This document shows, one piece after another, positions 50,101 through 60,600 of a stretch of 64,000 bases of DNA. How positions within the stretch are numbered: position 1 is the first letter of the stretch; every line of letters begins with the position of its first letter. The position numbers and the translations under genes were made by a program. Source of the stretch: Klebsormidium nitens (taxonomy: Eukaryota; Plantae; Klebsormidiophyceae); NCBI GenBank assembly GCA_000708835.1, contig DF237182.1:69506-133505 (forward strand). Direction: 5' to 3'. Below the pieces are notes generated by a model. The model saw only the letters and a program-made list of their open reading frames with translations, did no database searches and was not told where the DNA came from.

Positions 50101-52641
50101 GCTCGTGCCGCGATTTTGACCCTGGGAACCCCGCTTCTTCTTGCAGCTGACGGGGCATCTCCTGAGCTCAATCTGACGCCTCTCGCAGCTCCCTTCACTT
50201 CTATTCCCCCTCCTTTCGTTTTCCGTCAATTTAGAAAGTGGCCTGACGGTCAGAATGTCGACCCCGTCGCAACCACGCATAACGTCCCATGTGATGCCGG
50301 ACGCCTGATGTAACCTTCCCGTCATCTATTGTCTCGCCAGCTTCTTCCGACTCCCATGAATTGCGTACCCTCTTTTTACCCCCCGTTGACCATTAGCCCC
50401 CCCATAATTCTCCCGTCTCCCCACCCCAGGTACGCCATGCGCGCAATCTCGCTAGCGCGCGGCGCCGAGTTCCTCCCGCCCTCGTTCGTCTCCCTCTTCG
50501 ATGACTCCGCCTCCGCTTCTCTCGACGTCTTCTTCGACCCAAAAGCCGGCGCCATCGACAAAACCGTGGGGATGTTCAACCTGCTCCGGAAAGAGGTCAA
50601 GAAGCGGGGCGGCTGGAGCCCGCTGACATCATGGGGCGCGGGCACGCGCATCCTGGGCGAGCAGGCGGCGGGGTGGGGAGTAAACGTCGCACGTGTGCTG
50701 CTGACGGAGGTGTCGGACAGCCTGCTCAAGGGGGCCGAGACGCAGGGCATGGACGGACTGGTAAGGTGTTTGGTGGGCGGTTTTGTACGTTTCCGCAGGC
50801 CCGATCAAAATGCTTGATGAGCTATTTTTGGTGAAAGGTGTCCAATACGGGTCACGAGACGCAGACGGCTTGTGAACGTAGTTATTAGAAAAAGCTCTTT
50901 TGCTCTTTAAGCCAAAGGCAATTGCAGCGTGCTCGGGATTGGAACGGTCTTCGACCCGGCTGGTGGATCTCTCAGAACTTGGCTCGATCCGAGAATTACA
51001 TCCTCCAACCCTCTTTTGCTAGAACGGATTTGGTCCATATCTACTACCTATGCTGACCACAAAGCTCACCAAAATCTCAGAGGGTTCTCCTGTGCCTTGT
51101 AGTGGAGCACCTTGAATCGCGGTTGTTGCTTCAACCGCTGCCGACTAGAAGTCCTCTCTTGCAACACTTTGCTGATACTCCTTGTGCAATGTAGCCATTT
51201 TCCAGCGCAGCGTCATGCATCGACCGCTGACGACCAGAAACCTTCTCTCCAACGCTCTGCTGATACTCCTTGTCTTTCACATTCCGCAGTGTAGCCAAGT
51301 TCTAGCGCCGCGTCATCCGTCGACCGCTGACGACCCCAACCTTTCTCTCCAACGCTCTGCTGAATCTTGTTTACCTTGTTCCGCCCTGCAGTGGCGGGGT
51401 TTCCAGCGCGGCGTGATGCACGCGGCGATGGCGGACCCTATGACGGTCCTCCAGGCGGCGCTCAAGGGCTCGGGGACCCACAAGATTCAGCTGGACAAGA
51501 GCCTGGGGACGGACGAGGTAAGGCCTCGGGAGACTTCAACCGGGCACGTTGACCGTCTGGTTTTCAATGATGAATTTGACGAGCTTCGTAGTGTCTGTTT
51601 ATTATTTCAGTCTCCCTGGAGAGCCACTCTACTCCCTTTGGCGAGATTGTATTGCTGGAGGTGCGTTCGCCAAAAAGATCGAGGTGGACGAGAGCCTGGG
51701 CACGGACAAGATCAGGCCCCGGGGGACTCCGATCGGACCATCCCGCCTTGATCTTTGATTATACTATTGGGGTTTTGACGAGCTTTGCACTATCCATTCG
51801 TTGGTTCATTATAATGTACAACTGTTCTGAGAGAGTCCGGCAATTGCCTGTCAAGGGTGCGTCATCGAGCAGAGTAGTGCACGAAGAGCCATTCCGAGGT
51901 ACGAAAACAGAGATTAAGATTTTTGCTCCGTCTTGCCTGATCAATTCTGTGGCGACTTGTTGGCTTCGCTTATATCCTCTTGTTTCTGTTTGTTAATGTG
52001 GCGCACTTTGTCATCCCTCGCTCCCACATCTGCTCGAAAGCGAACCCCATCGCTTATCCCTCCTCCAGGCGTACATCGAGGGCTACCTGCAAGCCATGCT
52101 GGACCGCACGTTCCGGCAGGACTACCTACGTGTCAAGCTCTCGAACGACCAGGTCATCCTCAAGAACCTCCCGCCCAACAGCCGGCTGACGTCAGAGATC
52201 ATCGAGGAGACGCGCAACTTTTTGATCGGCGAGGGCCTGATCGAGGGCGACTCGCACGCGGCCGTCGCGCGGTCCCGCCGCTTCCGCGGCGAGGACAATA
52301 GCTTATTGCCGATCGCGCGCGCGCTCGCGGAGGAGCTGGTGGTCGTCATCATCGTACACAAGCTGCACGTCCGCGCGTGCCAGCTGCTGCATCTGCGGAC
52401 GTCCGAGAAGGAGAAACCGTTACCAATGGAAAAACCGTTGCCGTTGCCGGAGGAGCACAAACCGAAGAAGGAGGGCGGAGCGAACATCCGGAGTATAGTG
52501 CGCAAGGGCGCGTTCCACCTCGCGCTTTCTAGCGCGCTCGCGTGGGTAGATGGGCGGCTTTGTAGGCGGATACCAAACCCATTCATGCGGAAAATAGTGA
52601 GCGCGTTCATTCTCAGCTTCGTGACTGAGAGGCGCCTCTAG
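29156..52641 (+). CDS. VPS13X: VPS13 family bridge-like lipid transfer protein, plant VPS13X type (roughly 4,200 aa, 23 exons)
   Basis: Chorein-N-like start (LHLLSGEVRLQNVRLN; LRVEVRNVRV); YVALY...EAIVVARKIAR; VAB/SHR-BD-like repeats (LRPRYIVLN, HEWSG, PYKIEN, FVWDD); VSADGPTRVLRVSD; VYFERFEVHPIK; C-terminus YIEGYLQAMLD...LKNLPPNS...DGRLCRRIPNP as recalled for plant VPS13X, with no terminal PH domain. All introns are GT-AG and phase-consistent. Confidence 0.9.
30754..31204. other. Assembly gap (451 N) inside VPS13X exon 2, flanked by identical 36-mers
   Basis: 30718-30753 is identical to 31205-31240 (gggtgggcttctcggggcggcctggacggctgtttt). Confidence 0.97.
42767..42969. other. Assembly gap (203 N) inside VPS13X coding sequence
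   Basis: N run; frame is preserved across it (CKVG...GGMHFLVK) and the flanks are not duplicated. Confidence 0.97.
44945..44994. repeat. Perfect intronic tandem duplication, 25 nt x2
   Basis: tcggggaccagcaagcgagattgag twice in a row. Confidence 0.95.
48500..48806 (+). repeat. About 155-nt tandem duplication spanning a VPS13X exon end and donor
   Basis: cacgagcccgctgcac[c/g]tcacctact at 48500 and 48656; atcttgt...tttgggctgtt...aaagtgca at about 48590 and 48744. Confidence 0.9.
51130..51450 (+). repeat. About 100-nt degenerate tandem repeat (about 3 copies) whose last copy is the real acceptor and exon start
   Basis: cgtcat...tcgaccgctgacgacc at about 51211 and 51310; ttctctccaacgctctgctga at about 51243 and 51343; ttttccagcgcagcgtcatgca resembles exonic gtttccagcgcggcgtgatgca. 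Confidence 0.85.
51481..51800 (+). repeat. Degenerate duplicate of a VPS13X exon end, donor and intron start (pseudo-exon)
   Basis: aagattcagctggacaagagcctggggacggacgag|gtaaggcctcggg at about 51482 versus aagatcgaggtggacgagagcctgggcacggacaag atcaggccccggg at about 51675. Confidence 0.85.
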
Positions 52642-54161
52642 AGCATGCGCTAGTAGGTTTTGTTTGGACTGTTGCACTGTTTATATGGCATACATTGCAT
52701 CGCTTAAAAGCAAGCAGCAAGCAATTATCGAGAAAGAGGCTGCTAGGAAGTGACGGTAATGGAAAAATCGCGTGAGCAGTGGGCCGATCAAGGTTACATT
52801 TGATGACGTGATGCTAGCGTCGAAAGCGCTGCTAAAAGCAACGTAATCTATTGCATCCATCAGGATTTGGAGGTCGGACACTCGTTTAGAGTCAAAGACT
52901 TCAGTAGCGACAGGAGTCGAATAGCAGCCGAGAGCAATCAAAACGTGACAGACGCTCATGTCTTATCCGTGTCTCGTTCACAGTGCAAGCTCCTGTGCGG
53001 AAAGCCTGATTGTTGTCATCATGATGTCAGATGATGGAGTCTTTTGCTTATGACCTGCCGCCAGAGAGCTTCTACCGTCAATGTGCGTGCACAGTGTGCT
53101 AGTTGATGATGTATTCGTATGTCGATCATGCATGTCAGTCTCAGTGGTGTATAGCTTGCAAAACGACAATTGGATCCGGATATGATATAGATTCCACATA
53201 CCGATGCATTTGGACTCCTAAATTGATACTATATGAAGGCTGTTTCTTGGCAGGCCATATGCAGCAGCCATGACTGAGTTCTTAAGGAAAGTGCTATTGT
53301 ATTATGGTCTAGAACATAGTGAAAATTGTGGCACTCTCCCTACTAGGAGTATATAGTCATAGGCATTATACTATCAATCAGTGAGATTGAAGCTGTTCCA
53401 CTATGAGCATCTGCATTATGCAGCGCGCGCTGTCAAGACTCAAGGCGTACAACCTGGCGGCTTTGGATCATGCAATGATTGGTCTGACAGTGCGCCGAGC
53501 TGTCAGTCAGTTGCGAGCCCATGAACACCAGCGAACGCGAGACAAGGCAGTAGGCTTCCACTGTGAATACACGCTTGATACATCCGGGCCCCGGCCCCTT
53601 TCAGTCACCCCCAACAGCGCACGATCGACAATAAATCGTGGCAGAGCACGGGGGAGTCACAAGGAGACCCGCGAAATCGAAAGCTGTGATCTCGAGGTTA
53701 CAACGAGACTTGAACTGGGCCAATGCATGCACAGGTCGACAAGCTAAGTACGACAGCAACGGGGGCGCGTATGATATTGTCTCGACTGTGATCTCCTCAA
53801 GTAGGTACCTACCATGAGCTTTTTTCAAGTGAAAGACGCATTTGATCAGTTCTCTGCAGGATTACAGTAAGTCTTAGGTGCTTTCTGACTTCTACTTCAA
53901 TGCGAGCTGCGACAAACGTTCGCGCATGCATTCCTGAAGAGCTAATTGCAAGAAGCCGCCATAGCGTCCATTCAGAAACTTCCGCGTCTTTTATAGCGCT
54001 TTGGTTGAAAGCTCAGAGCGCAGTTTTCTGTCCAGCTTTCTGGTTTGCGAGCTGACTTGACTGCTCGCGTCTCAATTGCGAAAGCTTTTCCACGAAAATT
54101 GATGCGAGGAAACCTCGTGAGCTGGAACAGTGCTTCGCGGCTTCAAACATTTTCCATGCAG

Positions 54162-55728
54162 GGCGCTTTGGAAGGACAAAGACGCGCGCTTGGAATGCTG
54201 AACATTCAGCGAGAGGGTCACTCTGAAATGCAGCAAAACAGGGCGGCAGAGTCTGACGAGCAGGCCAGAATGGAGCGTATGCAAGCTGGCGACGCCGCTT
54301 CTCCCAGCGAGAGCAAGCATGTCCGAACCACGGGGGGTTGGGTCTTCCTGGCTACTCGGGGGTATGCGGACGAGGATGACGACGTGAGTTGGAAAGAATT
54401 GCCGCAACTGCTCAATCCTCTCATTAGTAGTCCAAAAATTCCTTTAATTTCTGCATCCTGCTGCATGTGAGTGGGCTTGTGAGGTACCCTTTTTCAGCTA
54501 GCTGTTACTTCCATTCTTTTCTATTTGGAGCCAGCAGTACTAAAGAATGCAATTCTAAGTCCTGTTCTTCCAAGATTGGCTAGATTGAAAGAGTGACTGT
54601 TGCAAGTTCGTTCGAGAAAGGGGCGATTTAGCTTCAAGGGCTTTCAATTAAAGCGGTTTGTTTGCTGCCATCATCTGGCTTAGCATTTTAGCGAGCTGAA
54701 ATGCCTAGGCTTGGAAAGTTGAGAGTTGGTATTGGTGGACGATGGTGGATGGCAATGAAGGCAACGTCGACGAGGCAGAGCAATACATAGACTGGCAGCT
54801 TCAGCCAAGTGGGGCAAAAGGGAATTTCGCTCGTCTAGTTGCTCATCATTCTTATTGTCAGTGAGCTTATCCAACAGACTATCTCTATTTTGGTTGGTGG
54901 TACTGAATGCAACAGAATCGGAGGTGCATTGAGCAACGAATGGAAGGTTGAGAAGTGACAAGCTGAGTGGCAATGCGTTGTTCGAACGAACCAACTTTTC
55001 TGTCGGACTGATACCTTTTTCCGCCACCTTTGTAAGCATGGCCCTTGTTGTGACAACTTTCCCTGTTGTTGTAGAAGTGTGGAGGCTTAAGTGGAGGCTT
55101 GAATAAAGGTTGAAATCCTCTCTACTCCATGTTGACCCTAGATTTTCAACAGGATTTTACGTTTTGAAATGAGTTGTGATTTCGCAGCTTTGGAATGAAT
55201 TCGCATTCTGAGCAAGGCTATATGTGAAGATCGACCTACTCTGCAAACAGGCAACCAAAGGCTAATGTTCCAGGCACCCACTGTACAGATTGACAGTTGC
55301 AAACCGTGGAAAGGCCGTCTTACTTGATTTCTTAAACTCAAACCCAATCAAGCCCAATTCGCGCATCAGGATTTGTGATTACGTCAAGCCTAAATCGTGC
55401 ACCAAGAAAGGCTCCGGTGTTTTTTCCCCTGATCCTTACTGACAACTTAAGCAGCAGAGACACTCTCGGTGCAGTTCAACTCCTTCCACTAAAGCCAGCT
55501 TTCCTCCTACTTTTCCCACAGGTTCCATGCGTGTCTGCCGAGGTCGTCCGCAGCAAGTCCCCTTGCGCCTTTGCCTGCATCACCTGCGTCCCCTGCGAGC
55601 ACGGCTGCAGGATGCCTGACGATTGCGCCCCCTGCCAGAAGGAGCTGCCACGTCACATCGCCGAGTGCTCAGAGTTTAGGTGTTGCGAGGTGGCGCCAGT
55701 AACGCCTGGCCGCTCGTTGGAGGCTTGA
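54162..55728 (+). CDS. Candidate unrecognised spliced gene (3' part) with a Cys/His-rich C-terminal domain
   Basis: Exon 54162-54383 (catgcag| ... |gtgagt) and exon 55522-55728 (cccacag| ... TGA) join in phase 0. The second exon has 11 Cys and 2 His in 68 codons and about 76% GC3 by my count. Start not established. Confidence 0.45.
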
Positions 55729-55818
55729 TGGGTTTCAGGGACGATTTGCTGCGGTAAGTAAAGGTTCTTTGTCTGACATTGCATACAGGGTTTTGGAATC
55801 CGGAATACGATTGACTGG

Positions 55819-55850
55819 ACGGCTTTCTGCTTCACGGCTTTCTGCTTCAC
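55819..55850. repeat. 15-nt tandem duplication
   Basis: acggctttctgcttc twice in a row. Confidence 0.9.
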
Positions 55851-57653
55851 TTAAAAATGGCGACTGCTTTTTACACTCCTAGGCGTATCTGATTCAGTAA
55901 GAGCTGGGATCAGTGACACTCGAAAGAACACCGTTTCTTTCTGTCCAGCTCGGAATTTCCCTCAACAATTGCTTTAGCTGATTCAGATGAAGAGCATCAC
56001 GAGTAGACCTGGCCACTACCATCTGCCATCAGCAAGTCTGCTAATCAGCGGACAAACGTGCAAATACGTTCTTTTCAAGTTCAGGTCATCTGTTTTCTCT
56101 CAAATAACTCTTTTGAGTAGAGCTCGACCCGAACGAAGCTATGTTTGATTACCCCGACTTGATGCCCACTATACGACGACGTAGGTGGTTGATTGTTTTG
56201 GGAAGTACGAACGGTGAATACGTCACGATTCCCCCGACTCTTTCCAAGTTTTTTCTTGACTTTTATCCTTGAAGCGCAGATAATGAGCCAGCCATTTGTA
56301 ACATCCTATCTCAATGCGCTCCAGATTGTCCGCATGGGTGTGCCATTGGAGAGTACACACCGGTCTTTCCGCTTACTCCACCGGTCGCTGTAGTGGCCCC
56401 TTCCACGCGGGATATCCGGCCGGCCGTGCATGGGGCGCATTCACGAACAGGGCCACGGTTGTATTTACGTAGTTGACCACACTGCGCCCGTGTTGTACAT
56501 ATCTAGCTTGACGTGAGAAAAATTCAAAATGAATAGCGCGCAGATTACTTCTTTCTTACGTTGCTTCTCATGACGAACTAGTTTCATCCTTTGTGAGTCA
56601 TCGACTCTTCCACGTTGACTGTTGTGTGTTTGTACGTAGACGTAGAAACAGAGCCAGACTCCATTTGTTGTGGGCACATCTTCGAGAACTCCTATGCTAG
56701 GTTATCACATATATACCAAAAATGAGTTGAAAAAGGCCGGGTTAGCTGGCACTTGATCTGCTTTTAATTTGTTACGAACGAGCAACTGTTTCAGGAATTG
56801 TCCTAGGCTGCACAGTTTCTTGCTTACTTGCATACCTGGCCATGCCCGAATGTGAATCAAATCGACGTTAACAAATATAGCTGTTTGCGATCCTGCATGC
56901 ATGCCTGCGCATGATTTGAGGAGCCGTTTTTTCCCTCGAAAACTGCGCATGCTTGCGCAACACTAAGCTGCATGCATATATAGCGAGACTCAACGATCAG
57001 CTTGGACAGGATTCACGTAAACACCACGGTCAGTCTAATTTGATTGCTTGATACGGAATTTCGATCAATTGTTGCCTTCAACCCGACATCACGGGCCTGC
57101 GTGATAATCGCATGATATAGCTGTATACTGTTGCCGCCGTACACGTTTGACTGAGCGATCGTGCATGGTCGCTACTGTCATTGTAGCAAGTGTCACGGTA
57201 AGTACGAATTTGCCCGCGAGTACGTGAGACATGATCTATATTCGTCGATGCATGCATGCGCTATTGGACATTCTTGCATCGCGGGGGCTCGATCTGTTGC
57301 CCATGGACGTTCGACACAGCTCTCATACACAAAGTGGCTACCCTGTTTTAACTTCTCTTGGGCTTCCATTGCATATGTGCACGGCCGTTAAAATGGACGA
57401 CATTGGGTTCTTGAAACATCTTCTCAACTAGACAAATCGTTCTCAAACACAGCTTCCACTCGAAATTCCAGGTCGGTGACAATCTTCATTACTGTGATTG
57501 TATGCGTGAAAGTGCGGTTGCAATTGTACCTGTCAACATGTGACTGTCAAAACTCCACACACTTCAGTCTCTTACGCGCAGTTTGCCAACCAGTCTCTAT
57601 AGCCTCAACTCATGCCGGTCTTTTCAATCTCGCTACGCATATGTATAACAACC

Positions 57654-60600
57654 TTAATCCGCATTCATATTGTCCGCGCAGCTTGTAAGCATTTCGCGCA
57701 TCCGCTCATTGACCCAGGCCACCTGTTCCCGCGAGAACAGGGGGGCCGGGAAGGCTAAACAATAGTGCAGGTTGCCGTTTATCATGAAGCTAAATATGCC
57801 GATGCACGGCCCGACGCCGTGCACCGAGGCGCACCCTATGATTTCTGTCAACTCTAGTTTGCTCGTCGTGGGCAGCGGCACGTGGACGCTCGACGCGAAG
57901 GCGCACAGCACGGACGTCCGCATGGACGACTGGGGCGTCAGGTTGGGGTGCTGCATCGCCTGCGGAGACAGCGCCGTCCGAAGTGTCAGCTCACTTTCAG
58001 CTAACTTTTCAGGGGGAATGGTAAACCCAATGACTGATACAGCTCATTTCGAGTAGCTCTTCACTATGTACGGAAGGTGTTACTGATTCTACTGTAGAGT
58101 CCGGTGCCAGGCGCCGCCTCGCTTACTGAATAGACGAATTGCTCCCCAAGATCGGGTTCCGGACTCTCACTACTTACAACATGGTCAGATACAGTCCGTG
58201 CTCAAGACCCTCTTAAATTAGTCAGCTTTGAATTTAATCAGCAGAAGCGGCTCGCTTTACCCCTGAACAAGTTAGCACAACAAGTGCCCTTGTCACACCT
58301 CAAACATTTGAAAATACATAAAGTCAAGCTCCGTGCCACATCCGAACCTCGGTACCGGCAAGAAGAATTGAGAAAGGTCGGGACCGCAAAAATTTGGACA
58401 TTCCGATCCTTAACCCGTTGAGAACTGAAACATGTCAAGACCGCAGTAACATAGAGATGCCAGATCTCAAACCCGTTGAAGCCGAAACAAGTTAAGATCG
58501 CGGAGGATGGGAAACCCAAACCAAACCCCAAACCCCAAACCTCAAACCCAAACCTAGGAATCCAAACGAGCGCACCTGGTAGAAGAGCATGTTGAGCACG
58601 CCCATGTCTTTGAACTGCTTGTCCTCCTGCAACGCCTTCTCCAGCGTCGCGGAGCACCGCCCCGCAAGCTCCCACAGCTCCGTCGGTTCCGCGACGGAAT
58701 GGTGGTGCATCAGAGCGGAATGGAAGAACCCGACGTCCGTCTCGCGCATCGGCGCGCGCAGCTCCGCGCGGCAGTTGACCATGGTCGTGATGCCGTACGT
58801 CTCCGGACAGGGCCCCGTCTTTTTGCTGGCGGCCACGGCCTTGAAGCAGGACGCGGAGAGGGCCCCGTACAGGCTGGTGTTGTGGGCGGCGCACGCAGCG
58901 AGAAGGGACTGCGTAGCTGCGGGCATAGAGGAGCGGGATTGAACTTGTGGTTTCTGGTCTTCTGATTTTGTCCGCTTATACACAGGGAGGCGTGGCACGA
59001 GGTAATGACCTATATAGCTGCGGAGATAAAGAGAAATAAAGCTTTCGGTTCTGTATCTACTGGTTGTGTTTGATTAGAATAAGAAAAGCGTGGACGAGAA
59101 GGGCCGGTGTAGCTGCAGGGATGAGGAGAAGCCGGGTTGGCTTCCAACATTACTCTCTTCTAGTTGTGTCCGCTTGAAGTAGAGAGGAGTAAGACATGAC
59201 GAGTGTCCTCAAGAAGGAAAGATCGTCAGCACTTTTTGCGCGAGCTGCGGCCTGCAACAAGCAGCGTTGAGAGGGACTCCGCATTGCTGGCAGGAGAGAA
59301 AGAATGGGAGAGGCAGAAAGCGGAGGCAGGAAACTCGGCAAATGATTATCCCTTCCCTCAAATAGAACCTCTGACGTCGCAGAACGGGTATTCACTCAAC
59401 GGTTGACGTTCACCAGGGTGGAATCCGGAGGAAAGGAACTGAAGGCAACTACCAAGTAAGAAACTGAGGGAAATCACAACGGAGATACCGCAAAAGTACC
59501 ACGAGCCCGGGGCCAAAAGCTCGTTGACCAGATGCAATCGAGCAGAACTTTGGAGGCGTCGCCCATTGGAGACAGGTCAAGGAAAAGATATGAAGAGGCG
59601 GAATCGGAACCCTCACCCATTTGCGGGACATGATTAAATGGACAACCAGACCATCCAATCGCCGCCCTATCAAGTAGTAATGCATGAAGAGGACGAGCTT
59701 GGAACTCTCACCCGCTTGCGGAATGGCCGAGTAGACAACTGTAGATCGTCGCCCTCAAAGGACGACAAAAGAACACAAATGAAAGACGACAAGTTGGGGG
59801 CCCCACCCGCTTTGCAGGATCAACGGGTGCACGACCTACGTATCCCCTTTCGCAACCGGATAAATAAAGGCGTAAACAAAGCAATGAAGTCTGAATCCTC
59901 ACCTGCTTGCGATAACATTAAGTCAGACCCTTTGCTCAAAAGACAACAAAGAAATCAAAGCGAAGACGACACGTTGGGATCCTTACCCGCCTGCCGGATT
60001 GAGTGGAGAATCAGACCTTCCAGATATCAGCAGGATTAAAAAGTCAGAAAGGACGAAGCTGAAGACTTTCACCTGCTTGCGGGATTATTGAATGCACGAC
60101 CTGCGTTCGCAGCGGGGGCGCCCATCCGGGCTGGAACGCAAGCATCGGTTTCCCAAGGCTGCCCACCGAGTACCCGACCAGGTCCGCTCCCTTGGCCCAG
60201 AACGGCTTCTTCGCCCGGTTCTTATCTAACAGGTCCTCCACGCACGGTAGCGCGCTCGAACCCCCCTTCAAATACTCGAGCGGACCGATTCGTATGCGCG
60301 CGGGCTTTTTGCACGCTGCGGGGGGGTGAGTGTCTATGGTACACTTATCTGATTTCGGGGGGTGCGAATTGGTGTTCGTTTCAGGGGGGGCAGAGCGGCC
60401 GCCGAGCTCTGCAAACGGATCGATGAGGCCCATGGCGACATGCCGGCTGGGGCTTTGACAGGAGCTAAGTGGGCTAGGGGGGGGTGCCAGCGAGCCCAAT
60501 TCTTGCCCCCCGCCAGTAGCAAACTCAAAAGAGGGGGAGGGAGAAAGCGAGGGGCTCGACCCGGGCGAAAGCGGGAACGATTGCGCAGACACAAAGGACA

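Noticed and set aside
56394-56457. gtggccc...gggccac 7-bp stem enclosing about 50 nt, tRNA-sized
   Set aside because: No D-loop or T-loop consensus and no cloverleaf; a 7-bp stem is expected by chance.
57161-57431. Short ORFs with a faint ankyrin-like look (LDILASRGLDL; LPLHMCTAV...LKHLLN)
   Set aside because: Spacing does not fit the TPLHxAAxxG consensus, the pieces lie in different frames, and no codon bias is evident. A Pfam Ank scan would settle it.
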